A stretch of DNA of 30,147 nt from the IMG/VR virus record IMGVR_UViG_3300030330_000213, positions 1-30,147 of that record. The stretch is one strand, 5' to 3'. The notes beneath the pieces were generated by a model. That model worked only from the letters and a program-made list of their open reading frames with translations. It was not told where the DNA came from and did not search any database. This document shows positions 14,859 to 24,124 of this stretch, piece after piece; position 1 is the first letter of the stretch; each line of letters starts with the position of its first letter. The translations under genes and the position numbers were made by a program. This DNA is from a virus (lineage: Duplodnaviria > Caudoviricetes).

Positions 14859-16393
14859 AACAGGTTGTAAAACTCAGCATGGAGATGCTAGACGTTCTCA
14901 TAGACATTGAGAGAGCAGGAATAAAGATATCAAATGAAAAGCTTGCAAAAATTAAAGCAGACTATCAAGCAGAGTATGATCAATTATACAGCGACCTTAT
15001 GGATATCGCTGAGATTGCTATGGGGGACACTCCAATCAACCTTGATAGCCCTGATGACCGCAGTAAGCTACTATACTCCCGCGAGGTGGTGGACAAGGCT
15101 GCGTGGAAAGAAGCGTTCAACATAGGAACAGAGCAGCGCGGACATACTAAAAAACAAAAGCGTAAAACAAAAATGTCTCCTACAATGTTTAAGGAGACAG
15201 TGAAAGAGTTAGCCCCGGTGTTTAGAAAGACCAGAGGCCAGAGGTGTGAGGACTGCGGTGGCACAGGCCGTAAAAGAAACAGACTAAAGTCTGGCGAGTT
15301 AAGCAAAAACACCGTGAAGTGTAAAACTTGTGGTGGTACAGGCGTTGTATATGTAAAGCTAAATGAACCCGCAGGACTAAGAGTTATACCCCGTGGGCCA
15401 CAGGATACCGCCGCTGCAGGCTTTAGAACAGATAAAGAAACTTTGTCCGAGATACGTCTTGAGTTAGAGGGCAAAGCAAGAGAGTTTGTGGACAAGTACA
15501 CACGCTACTCAATGATAAGAACGTACCTCAATACGTTCGTGGATAGCTTGGAGAAGTACCAAGATGATAGAGGCTTTATTCATCCTAACTTTAATCAGTG
15601 CGTCACTGCTACTGGAAGACTGTCGTCAAGTAGACCAAACTTTCAGAATATGCCGAGAGGAGCAACATTCCCTGCAAGAGAAGCGATTGTTTCTAGGTAT
15701 GAAGGTGGTTACATTTTAGAGGGTGACTACTCACAGCTAGAGTTTCGTGTAGCTGGCTATCTATCACAAGACCCTGTAATCTATGAAGAGGTAGAGAGCG
15801 GCTTTGATGTTCACTCCTACACGGCTGAGATTATGGGGGTGAGTAGGCAGGACGCAAAGGCTCATACCTTCAAGCCGCTGTATGGTGGTGTGCTTGGGAC
15901 TAATCGGGAGATGGCTTACTACTCTGCCTTCCGTAACAAGTATCAGGGTGTGACTGAATGGCACGATAAGCTGCAGGAACAAGCAGTGACAAACAAACAG
16001 GTTGTGCTACCCTCTGGTAGGGAGTATGCTTTTCCCTATGCAAAGTATACTAGATATGGTACAACTGTTGGATCAACGTCGATCAAGAACTACCCGGTGC
16101 AGGGTTTTGCTACGGCAGACCTCTTGCCATTAGCCCTGATAAGGCTTCACAAGTCTTTGAAAGCGATGGTAAAACCTGTCCCAAAAAGTAAAATAATTAA
16201 TACGGTCCACGATTCCATAATCATGGACGTTCACCCTGACGAAAAGGATTGGATGGTTGAATTATTGAAAAGGAGTATGTTGTGTATACCTGAAGAATGT
16301 AGTAGAGAGTTTGGTATTGACTTTGATATGCCCATTGAGATAGAACTCAAGATGGGTACTGATTGGCTTAATCTAGAGGAGCTAGAAATATGA
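14855..16393 (+). CDS. polA: DNA polymerase family A, polymerase domain with DnaJ-type zinc finger
   Basis: TATGRLSS, motif A DYSQLEFR, motif B RQDAKAHTFKPLYG, NYPVQG, motif C VHDS; CEDCGGTG and CKTCGGTG at 15245-15343; TTG start with GGGAG SD. Confidence 0.95.
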   Translation: MKQVVKLSMEMLDVLIDIERAGIKISNEKLAKIKADYQAEYDQLYSDLMDIAEIAMGDTPINLDSPDDRSKLLYSREVVDKAAWKEAFNIGTEQRGHTKKQKRKTKMSPTMFKETVKELAPVFRKTRGQRCEDCGGTGRKRNRLKSGELSKNTVKCKTCGGTGVVYVKLNEPAGLRVIPRGPQDTAAAGFRTDKETLSEIRLELEGKAREFVDKYTRYSMIRTYLNTFVDSLEKYQDDRGFIHPNFNQCVTATGRLSSSRPNFQNMPRGATFPAREAIVSRYEGGYILEGDYSQLEFRVAGYLSQDPVIYEEVESGFDVHSYTAEIMGVSRQDAKAHTFKPLYGGVLGTNREMAYYSAFRNKYQGVTEWHDKLQEQAVTNKQVVLPSGREYAFPYAKYTRYGTTVGSTSIKNYPVQGFATADLLPLALIRLHKSLKAMVKPVPKSKIINTVHDSIIMDVHPDEKDWMVELLKRSMLCIPEECSREFGIDFDMPIEIELKMGTDWLNLEELEI

Positions 16394-17226
16394 GCGATAT
16401 GATTACGATGGACGATCTGACTGAAGAGAACATGGCTAAACTTGCAGCTATGGTTGGTCAGACTGAAACACGTTCAAACGTGCAGCAGGGACTACCCCGG
16501 CTAGCGATTGAACAACAGGCAGACAACGATGATGGTGAGCCGTTGCCCAAGGGCAGCTTCCGCATTCGTCTGGACAACAACACTGTGTACGCTAAAGAGA
16601 TCACTGTGCGGATGTTTGTCCGCTATTACTCCTATGACTTGTGGAACCAACAGTCTCCTGAAGATTCTATCAGGACTGTTCTCGCACCGTCTCTGAGTGA
16701 TGACTTCCCTGACACAAGTGGTGGTATGAAGTGTGGTAAGCTGAACAAGCAAGAGGTTGAGGCTCTGTCAACTAACTCGCTTGAACATGCTAAACAGAAA
16801 AGCATCAAGTGTACGCAGGTGGTGTACGGTATTATCACAGGCGCTAAAGATGCTACGGACACTACTGGTGAGGCTGTTGATCTCAAAGGCACTCCGTTTA
16901 TCTGGTCTGCCCGTGGTTCTGCATTCATGCCAGTGGCTAACTATATTCGTGAAGTACCTTCTAACAAAATTATCTTTGGTCAGAAGGTTAACATTGCCAC
17001 CAAGCGTAATAAGAACGGAGGCATTACGTACTACACTCCTGTGTTTGACAAGCCGCAACCTGTAAAGATTGTGGATGAGGATGTAGAAACTCTCAATACT
17101 TTTATGAAGGATATTGAGAGGTGGAACGAGCGTGTACTCAAGCAGTACAACGAACGTAAGGAAAACGTGCTTGCTATGGATGACTTAGATGTAGCAAAAG
17201 CGTTGGAAAATGCAGAGGCCATCTAA
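16390..17226 (+). CDS. Probable single-stranded DNA-binding protein
   Basis: Position after the polymerase, beta-rich core and acidic C-terminus; inferred mainly from synteny. Confidence 0.55.
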   Translation: MSDMITMDDLTEENMAKLAAMVGQTETRSNVQQGLPRLAIEQQADNDDGEPLPKGSFRIRLDNNTVYAKEITVRMFVRYYSYDLWNQQSPEDSIRTVLAPSLSDDFPDTSGGMKCGKLNKQEVEALSTNSLEHAKQKSIKCTQVVYGIITGAKDATDTTGEAVDLKGTPFIWSARGSAFMPVANYIREVPSNKIIFGQKVNIATKRNKNGGITYYTPVFDKPQPVKIVDEDVETLNTFMKDIERWNERVLKQYNERKENVLAMDDLDVAKALENAEAI

Positions 17227-18116
17227 TGACCTCAATGCTGCTACATAAAGTACAGCATTTCCTAGAAAAAGCGTCGAGGGGTGAAGGCGAAGGTCTTCCC
17301 CCTCATCTTATCAACGAATTTAAGGAGATGTGTGGCTCCGCTATCGAACGTCAGTTCAGTGAAAAGCGTAGTTCAAAGGTGCGTATGTCTGGCGTAGGCA
17401 AGCCTCTATGCCAGCAAAAGTTATCCGCAAGAGATGACATAGAAGAAGATGTAGACTACACGATGGTTATGAAGTTTCTGTTTGGAGACATCATAGAAGC
17501 CATAGCAGTAACAGTCATGAAAGCTGCAGGTGTAAATATACAGAGCGAACAAGAAGGCGTTAGCCTAGACATTGGTGGCACCACATTGCGTGGCACATAC
17601 GATGTCAAAATAGACGATAAGATATATGATATAAAGAGTGCTGCTCCCGGTGCATTCTCTATGAAGTTCGCGGCTAATCGTGGGTACAACAACATCAAGA
17701 AGGATGACGTGTTTGGCTACGTGCCGCAGGGTTACTTATACGCAGAGGCGGCTGGCTCTACCTTTGGTGGCTGGATAGCTATCAACAAAGCTACAGGCGA
17801 GTGGGCGGTATGTGAGACACCGCTGGTGCAGGACGAAGACAGAGAAGCAGCCCTACAATTAGCCGATAAAAATATACGCAGTGTTCTTGGCGGTGAGAAG
17901 TTTGAGCGTTCATTTGCAGATGAGCCTGAAACATACAAGGACAAAGCAACAGGCACTCTCAAAAGAACAGGCAACCGGCTAATGAATAGAACATGCTCTT
18001 ACTGTGGTTTTAAGATGCACTGCTGGCCTAACGCCGCATACAAACAGAAGACAACTTCTACAGCAAATACTCGACCGAGAGTATGGTACACAAAGCATGT
18101 AAAGGATGAAATCTGA
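17226..18116 (+). CDS. PD-(D/E)xK exonuclease (Cas4/RecB-like)
   Basis: RMSGVGKPLCQ, GTYD..YDIKS, QGYLY and C-terminal CSYC..C. Confidence 0.82.
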   Translation: MTSMLLHKVQHFLEKASRGEGEGLPPHLINEFKEMCGSAIERQFSEKRSSKVRMSGVGKPLCQQKLSARDDIEEDVDYTMVMKFLFGDIIEAIAVTVMKAAGVNIQSEQEGVSLDIGGTTLRGTYDVKIDDKIYDIKSAAPGAFSMKFAANRGYNNIKKDDVFGYVPQGYLYAEAAGSTFGGWIAINKATGEWAVCETPLVQDEDREAALQLADKNIRSVLGGEKFERSFADEPETYKDKATGTLKRTGNRLMNRTCSYCGFKMHCWPNAAYKQKTTSTANTRPRVWYTKHVKDEI

Positions 18117-18532
18117 TGCCACTATACATTACAGAGACTATCACCGAGTTTGAAACAATGTTCAATCCAAAAGCTGCCTTCGTATACTTTGACACAGATA
18201 AAGGAGATAGCACACATGTGGATGCTCTATTAGTAAAATCTCTGCACGAGGACATGCAGCTTCCAGTTATATATAGAAAGAACATGTCTTCAGACGGTAT
18301 GTGGACTGCAGAGGAGTTTAATTACGAAGGCTCTATAAAAATGTCCCGCTGCTTTGATGACATACGTTCGTATCTAAGGCAGGGCAGGTTAGTTGTTCTA
18401 CCATCTAGAAGCTTCTCTATTGTAAGAGACATATCTCCTGAGTATGTACAAAAAGATTTAAGTGAGGGTTACATACAGATAGCTAATACTAACCCAGATA
18501 ATAAAAATAAGTTTGATTACTATGCGTTTTAG
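18116..18532 (+). CDS. Hypothetical protein
   Basis: 138 aa; TGATG coupling. Confidence 0.75.
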   Translation: MPLYITETITEFETMFNPKAAFVYFDTDKGDSTHVDALLVKSLHEDMQLPVIYRKNMSSDGMWTAEEFNYEGSIKMSRCFDDIRSYLRQGRLVVLPSRSFSIVRDISPEYVQKDLSEGYIQIANTNPDNKNKFDYYAF

Positions 18533-18881
18533 ATCAAAGTTTGAGTCAGAAGTTGCTGTGGCTATAAGCCGTATGGGTATTAGTTGGGAGTTTGAACCTG
18601 ATAAGATATCGTACCAGCCCGATCCTAAAGTATATATACCTGACTTCTATATACCTCGTAATGACATATACATAGAAGTAAAAGGACGACTAACACAGCA
18701 GGACAGAGTAAAGCACCTGCTTGTTAAGAAACAGAACCCGGACACTGAAGTGAAGTTCTTCTTCGCCAATGCTAACAAAAAAATATACAAGGGTTCAAAG
18801 ACTAGCCATGCAGATTGGGCAGAGCGTCATGGATTTGATTGGGCGCATAAAAAGATACCTGTGGAGTGGTTTGATGAATGA
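18522..18881 (+). CDS. Endonuclease I (T7 gp3-like Holliday junction resolvase)
   Basis: FRSKFE, YIPDF, IEVKG, DRVKH and WAERHGF. Confidence 0.88.
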   Translation: MRFRSKFESEVAVAISRMGISWEFEPDKISYQPDPKVYIPDFYIPRNDIYIEVKGRLTQQDRVKHLLVKKQNPDTEVKFFFANANKKIYKGSKTSHADWAERHGFDWAHKKIPVEWFDE

Positions 18882-19251
18882 TGATGGGTTTACTTTTGAA
18901 CCGGAAGATGATCTCATAGATGATGAGATGCGAGAGAGAATAGAGGAAGAAACATTCTTTTTAGCCCAAGATAGGCTGTATATTGTTTTTGATCCAGAAG
19001 GATTTGACAAGGTGAGTGTCCGTGCGTATGATACGTCAGACGCTAAGGATGTATCTGCCGCGCATATTCTGCAGCAAGGTATGCTTAGTCTTCTTGAGAC
19101 AGACTATGATTACCTCATGCAGCTAGGGCATGAAGCTACAATGGAGCAGATAGTTGAGAAGTCAAAGCAGAAAGAACGAGACAGCAACAAGCTGATAATT
19201 GAAGATGTGTACGATAACATTATCAAGGTAAAGTTCAGCGAGGACAACTGA
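18874..19251 (+). CDS. Hypothetical acidic protein
   Basis: Start reassigned to ATG 18874 (GGAG SD); C-terminal DNIIKVKF motif. Confidence 0.75.
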   Translation: MNDDGFTFEPEDDLIDDEMRERIEEETFFLAQDRLYIVFDPEGFDKVSVRAYDTSDAKDVSAAHILQQGMLSLLETDYDYLMQLGHEATMEQIVEKSKQKERDSNKLIIEDVYDNIIKVKFSEDN

Positions 19252-19508
19252 TGCCAAATGAAAAGAAATACAAAGCAGAGCTAATCGCCGCTGTAAACAG
19301 CCCACAGCACTACACACAGGGCAGCATGGAGACTATTGATATGATCAAAGAGTCTCTTACAGAGGAAGAGTTTAGCGGATATCTTAAAGGCAACATACTA
19401 AAGTACGTATGCCGGTACAAACATAAGGGAATGCCACTAAAAGATTTGATGAAGTCTCAGTGGTATCTAGAGAAATTGATTAAGGAACAAAAAACCAATG
19501 AAGAATAA
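19251..19508 (+). CDS. DUF3310 protein (T7 gp1.7-like, putative nucleotide kinase)
   Basis: VNSPQHY..ETID..GYLKGNILKYVCRYKHKG..DLMKSQWYL. Confidence 0.85.
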   Translation: MPNEKKYKAELIAAVNSPQHYTQGSMETIDMIKESLTEEEFSGYLKGNILKYVCRYKHKGMPLKDLMKSQWYLEKLIKEQKTNEE

Positions 19509-21414
19509 TTACTTTCCAACGGATTACCAAGAGTTTATTCATCTGTCACGTTATGCACGTTGGCTTGGGGATAGGCGTGAAACTTGGGCAGAGACTGTGG
19601 AGCGATACTTTGAGTTCATGCAACACACCATGAAAGAAACGTATGGACACACAATCCCTAACAGAAAAGAACTTGAAGAGGCTGTTCTTAGTCTTCAGGT
19701 GATGCCCTCTATGAGAGCTTTGATGACTTCAGGGTTAGCACTAGAACGTGATAACACCGCTGGTTACAACTGCTCATACATTCCTGTAGACTCACCCCGT
19801 GCGTTTGATGAGATACTGTATGTCCTCATGTGCGGAACTGGTGTAGGCTTTTCTGCAGAGAGGCAGTACACCGGAAACCTGCCAACGGTGAACGAACACT
19901 TTGAAGAAACTGAAACAACCATCATTGTACAGGATAGTAAGGCAGGATGGGCTAGGGGCCTCCGTGAGTTGATTGCGTGTCTCTACGCTGGTCAGGTGCC
20001 AAAATGGGACTTATCGCGTCTACGCCCCGCTGGAGCGCGTTTAAAGACGTTTGGCGGAAGATCGTCTGGCCCAGCGCCTCTTGATGATCTTCTTAAATTT
20101 ACAGTAAGTTTGTTTAAGAATGCTGCGGGTAGGCAGCTATCACCGCTAGAATGTCACGACCTTGTGTGCAAAATAGCTAGTGTAATTGTTGTAGGTGGTG
20201 TGCGTAGGTCAGCACTAATCTCTCTATCTGATCTTAACTCAAACAGAATGCGAGTTGCTAAATCAGGTGATTGGTTTAGAGACTACCCACACCGGGGGCT
20301 AGCAAATAACTCTGCAGTTTACTCAGAGCGCCCTGACATGAACACGTTCTTGAAAGAGTGGTACTCGTTGTATGAGTCAAAGTCTGGAGAGAGAGGTATC
20401 TTTAACCGTGAATCTGCACAAAATAAAGTGGCTAGTATTGGTCGTCGTGATCCTGATCATGAGTTTGGAACTAACCCTTGCTCTGAAATCATTCTACGCC
20501 CCTACCAGTTCTGCAACCTCACAGAAGTAGTTGTTAGGGCTGAAGATACAGTAACAAGCCTTACCAAGAAGATTGAATGGGCTACACAGCTTGGCACCTA
20601 TCAGTCCTGTCTCACTGACTTCAAGTATCTGAGAAAGATATGGAAGCAGAACACGGAAGAAGAGAGGTTGTTGGGCGTTAGTCTTACAGGCATACTAGAC
20701 AATGAAATGCTATCGACTAATAACTGTATGCTTACAGACCTGCTGGTTGGTTTCAGACAGATAGCCGTCAAGACAAATGAAAAGCTGTCTAAGAAGATTG
20801 GTATAAATCAGTCTACAGCTATCACCTGTGTAAAGCCGTCAGGTACAGTATCACAGTTAGTTGATAGTGCATCTGGCATTCACCCCCGCCATAGTGAATA
20901 CTACATTCGTACAGTGCGTGGTGATAACAAAGACCCGCTGACGCAGTTTATGATTCAGTCGGGTATTCCTTCAGAACCTGCAATCGGCAATGAAGATAAC
21001 ATGACTGTGTTCTCCTTTCCTGTGCAGTCACCAAAAGGCGCACTGACCCGTGATAGCCTGACCGCAGTGGAGCATCTAGAGTTGTGGAAGGTTTATGCAG
21101 AGAACTGGTGCGAACACAAACCCTCCATCACTATCTCTGTAAAAGAACATGAGTGGCTAGAGGTTGGTGATTGGGTGTACAAGAACTTTGATTACATCTC
21201 TGGTGTATCGTTCCTGCCTCACTCGGATCACACGTACCAACAGGCACCATATACTGACTGTAGTAAAGAAGAGTATGAGAGTTTAGTAAAGAAGATGCCC
21301 GACACCATTAACTGGGAAGGGCTAAAAGAAATTGAAATAGAGGACACCACAACGGGTTCTCAAGAACTAAGCTGCACAGGCGAAGTCTGTGAAGTTGTAG
21401 ACATAGGAGTCTAA
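19498..21414 (+). CDS. nrdJ: Class II (adenosylcobalamin-dependent) ribonucleotide reductase
   Basis: PSMR, YNC, GTGVG, VGGVRRSA, TNPCSEI, CNLTE, KPSGTVS and C-terminal CTGEVC; no small subunit adjacent. Confidence 0.9.
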   Translation: MKNNYFPTDYQEFIHLSRYARWLGDRRETWAETVERYFEFMQHTMKETYGHTIPNRKELEEAVLSLQVMPSMRALMTSGLALERDNTAGYNCSYIPVDSPRAFDEILYVLMCGTGVGFSAERQYTGNLPTVNEHFEETETTIIVQDSKAGWARGLRELIACLYAGQVPKWDLSRLRPAGARLKTFGGRSSGPAPLDDLLKFTVSLFKNAAGRQLSPLECHDLVCKIASVIVVGGVRRSALISLSDLNSNRMRVAKSGDWFRDYPHRGLANNSAVYSERPDMNTFLKEWYSLYESKSGERGIFNRESAQNKVASIGRRDPDHEFGTNPCSEIILRPYQFCNLTEVVVRAEDTVTSLTKKIEWATQLGTYQSCLTDFKYLRKIWKQNTEEERLLGVSLTGILDNEMLSTNNCMLTDLLVGFRQIAVKTNEKLSKKIGINQSTAITCVKPSGTVSQLVDSASGIHPRHSEYYIRTVRGDNKDPLTQFMIQSGIPSEPAIGNEDNMTVFSFPVQSPKGALTRDSLTAVEHLELWKVYAENWCEHKPSITISVKEHEWLEVGDWVYKNFDYISGVSFLPHSDHTYQQAPYTDCSKEEYESLVKKMPDTINWEGLKEIEIEDTTTGSQELSCTGEVCEVVDIGV

Positions 21415-21415
21415 T

Positions 21416-21742
21416 ATGAAGAAGATACTTGTATCTGCTATAGCACTTACCGCTATCGGACTAACCACTGCATCCGCAACAGTTAGCGATAACTGTGGGT
21501 ACGATGATGACGGCAACTTTCTTTTGGGCAATGGGCAAGTAAGCGCCTATGGCCCGTGGGAACATGCCAAGGACTGTGCTATGAAAGGTATTCTACCTGA
21601 TGTAGTCGCAAAACGCCTTGGTAGTCTGGGCGATGAGCGCACTCAGCGCGAGGCAGACGCCCTGCGCGAAACAAACACTCGCATACAAGAAGAGAAAAAG
21701 AAGCGTGAAGTAGAAGTACAGCCCCTGCCACCTGCTAAATAA
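21416..21742 (+). CDS. Putative exported protein (Sec signal peptide)
   Basis: MKK + hydrophobic core + ASA cleavage site; two Cys; AGGAG SD. Confidence 0.7.
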   Translation: MKKILVSAIALTAIGLTTASATVSDNCGYDDDGNFLLGNGQVSAYGPWEHAKDCAMKGILPDVVAKRLGSLGDERTQREADALRETNTRIQEEKKKREVEVQPLPPAK

Positions 21743-22212
21743 TGATTAAAGAAATCCAGATAACTGAGGAGATGCGCCAAAAGGCGGATCACAAAGCTTT
21801 CATGCTAGGTGAGTTAAACAACTCTATACTGCGTGGAAACGGTTCTCATTCTGGATATCTTGGGGAGATGATAGTCGTAAGCGTTCTGGGTGGTGAGGCA
21901 TCAAACACCTTTGATTACGATATTGTTCTTGATGACGGCACAAGAGTTGATGTGAAGACTAAAAGAACTTCATCTCCCCCACTACCCCATTACTCCTGCT
22001 CAGTTGCTAAGTTTAATACTAAGCAGGACTGTGACGGTTATGCCTTTGTACGAGTAAAATATGATTTGTCTGTGGGATGGTACTTAGGATACATAGGTAA
22101 AAAAAATTTTTTCCGCAGAGCTACAGAACATAAGAGGGGAGAACACGATCCCAGCAACGGGTTTGTATTTCGTGCTGATTGCTATAACTTGCCAATAGGA
22201 GAGTTGGACTAA
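21742..22212 (+). CDS. Hypothetical protein, probable PD-(D/E)xK fold
   Basis: GYLGE..YDIV..VDVKTK pattern. Confidence 0.6.
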   Translation: MIKEIQITEEMRQKADHKAFMLGELNNSILRGNGSHSGYLGEMIVVSVLGGEASNTFDYDIVLDDGTRVDVKTKRTSSPPLPHYSCSVAKFNTKQDCDGYAFVRVKYDLSVGWYLGYIGKKNFFRRATEHKRGEHDPSNGFVFRADCYNLPIGELD

Positions 22213-23036
22213 TGAAAGTTCTTATTCCAATGTCGGGGGGAGTAAACTCTACATACGCTCTGTGGAGATGGCTTGATGATAGTGACCATGAAATAGTTTC
22301 TATATTTTTTAAGGAGTACAGTTATGAGATGTACTCTGCAGAAGAACTTGCGGTAATGACAATTAAGCACTGGCTAGAAAAAAATATTCGGTCTTTCACA
22401 TTACTACCTCCCATACACAGAGTAACTCAACATGATTACAGGCCGATACGGAAAGGTTTCAGGCATTTAACTAATTACGGAAACATAATAAATAGATTTG
22501 AAATCATAGCGGACACTCTAATTAAAGAAAATTGTGATGCTGTGGTTCATGGCTACAGCTTAGAGAATACTTCCACAGACTGTTACTGGGCTTACAAAGA
22601 CATACTGGAGAGAACAGGTAAAAAAGTTTACTGGGGATCGACTGACGTACGAGAACTTGAGATACCAAAGGCGAGGGCTTTTCCAGAGCCTGAAGATACA
22701 GGGACATTTATGGAGACAATATCCGGTAGGTGGGAGCAACTTGAGGCGTTGCCTGAGGGGTTGCGCTCTTTAGTCGTAACCTGTTCTGGACCGTCCGGTA
22801 AACAAGCGACACCACCACCCCACCCAACGTCAGAGTGCTGGCACTGTGCCATCATGGAGGCTTACAAGATCAGTGGCTTGTCAGGGCGCGAGTTTGATCA
22901 GTGGTTAGCTGAGAGAATATTTGCGGGTAAATGGCGCAAAGATGCTGATCCTAAAAGCACAACATACAGAAACAGCGGCATAAGGCCCAACAGCCCTAAC
23001 CACATTCTGCATGAAATGGAGCACTCTTTAAAGTGA
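22212..23036 (+). CDS. QueC-like PP-loop protein
   Basis: N-terminal KVLIPMSGGVNSTYAL (variant of SGGxDST) and C-terminal VTC...ECWHC Cys cluster. Confidence 0.6.
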   Translation: MKVLIPMSGGVNSTYALWRWLDDSDHEIVSIFFKEYSYEMYSAEELAVMTIKHWLEKNIRSFTLLPPIHRVTQHDYRPIRKGFRHLTNYGNIINRFEIIADTLIKENCDAVVHGYSLENTSTDCYWAYKDILERTGKKVYWGSTDVRELEIPKARAFPEPEDTGTFMETISGRWEQLEALPEGLRSLVVTCSGPSGKQATPPPHPTSECWHCAIMEAYKISGLSGREFDQWLAERIFAGKWRKDADPKSTTYRNSGIRPNSPNHILHEMEHSLK

Positions 23037-23177
23037 CCTATTTTTTAGTAAACTTTATGATGTTCTTACTAGGAATGTGCATATACTTAGCCCTGCCAGC
23101 AACGAGTTCGCATGGCAGCAGATCGCTTACAACAATGCTGATAGTATCTATAGTAGTTTTATTAAAGGTTTTACACG

Positions 23178-23405
23178 ATGTCCACCAAGCGTGATGCGTT
23201 ACTGTATAAAATGTCCGTGTCCTTGACACAGGACGGCAACGTAGCGGTTGACTTTGAGGGTCCGCCCTCTCCAGAGAGTATAGAAGCAGCGTTTGATGAG
23301 TGGAACGCAGACTTTGAAAACACAAAAAAAATAGTCTCGCTGGTGGAATACCTACGAGACTATAGTGATAGACAGTACGAAGATTTAAAAAGCTTTATTT
23401 TTTAG
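23178..23405 (+). CDS. Hypothetical protein
   Basis: 75 aa; AAGG SD; last gene of the plus-strand operon, converging on the lysis genes. Confidence 0.68.
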   Translation: MSTKRDALLYKMSVSLTQDGNVAVDFEGPPSPESIEAAFDEWNADFENTKKIVSLVEYLRDYSDRQYEDLKSFIF

Positions 23406-23796
23406 GCGACTCTTTTTTCTCTTTTGGTTTAATTGCTTTCTCATAGTAGACTATGAGTTCTTGCTGCTGTTGTATATACCTTTTTAGTTCCGCCATGTTG
23501 AGCGCGAGAGTTTCGTAGTCTCGCACACTCACAGCATAAAATACTAAGTCGCCATTTTCTTTCTCAAATTTCTTTTTGAAAGTATCAAAGTTCCTGTCTG
23601 TAACCACATAGAAATATATGTCGTTCAGGCTAACACTCTTTGGTCTAGCCTGTGCAGGAATCTTTCTTTCTACCTCAATTGTTTTTACTTCTAGAGGCAG
23701 AACTTTCTGGAAGCTGCTGCACCCCGTCGCCACTAGGGGGAGGAGCAATAGCACCAGAAATAGCTTCAAAGGACTCGAATAGTTTCTTTGTTCCAT
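23395..23796 (-). CDS. Outer-membrane lipoprotein, o-spanin (Rz1-like)
   Basis: Lipobox LLLLPLVATGC; overlaps the 3' end of the i-spanin; alternative TTG start at 23769. Confidence 0.72.
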   Translation of the reverse strand: MEQRNYSSPLKLFLVLLLLPLVATGCSSFQKVLPLEVKTIEVERKIPAQARPKSVSLNDIYFYVVTDRNFDTFKKKFEKENGDLVFYAVSVRDYETLALNMAELKRYIQQQQELIVYYEKAIKPKEKKESPKK

Positions 23797-24124
23797 TGTT
23801 TATCTTCTTCTCTACAAGCTGTGGCTTTTTCAAACTAAGGACTAACAGGTTGTGCTTGCGTAGCTTACCTATGAGTGTGTCTCTGTAGTTATTAGCCGCC
23901 TGTAGTTTTTTCTGCAGATCGTTGTTCAGTTCTTCAAACTTCTGACGATCCTCAATCATAGCGTTGATAGTATCATCCTGCAGTTGCTTTGCAGTCTCTA
24001 GCTTGGCATTGTTCTCAGTGAGCGTCTGTATGCGCTCCTGAGTATCCTTGTAGTAGTAGTATCCGCCGTAGCCGACACCACCGACTAATCCAAGCACGAC
24101 TATTAGTATGTAGATTTTAATCAC
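23675..24124 (-). CDS. Inner-membrane i-spanin (Rz-like)
   Basis: N-terminal TM helix followed by a long coiled coil, with an overlapping lipoprotein gene. Confidence 0.72.
   Translation of the reverse strand: MIKIYILIVVLGLVGGVGYGGYYYYKDTQERIQTLTENNAKLETAKQLQDDTINAMIEDRQKFEELNNDLQKKLQAANNYRDTLIGKLRKHNLLVLSLKKPQLVEKKINNGTKKLFESFEAISGAIAPPPSGDGVQQLPESSASRSKNN

Noticed and set aside
15245-15343. DnaJ-type zinc finger in the polymerase as a novelty or an intein
   Set aside because: It is an already described hallmark of HMO-2011-type polymerases, and there are no intein splice motifs.
17226-18116. Cas4-like nuclease as evidence of CRISPR-Cas
   Set aside because: Solo Cas4-like exonucleases are routine in phage replication modules; no cas1, cas2 or array is present.
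23038-23325. Minus-strand 95-aa ORF across the gap after the QueC-like gene
   Set aside because: It overlaps the plus-strand gene 23178..23405 in antisense and has no clear SD or motif.
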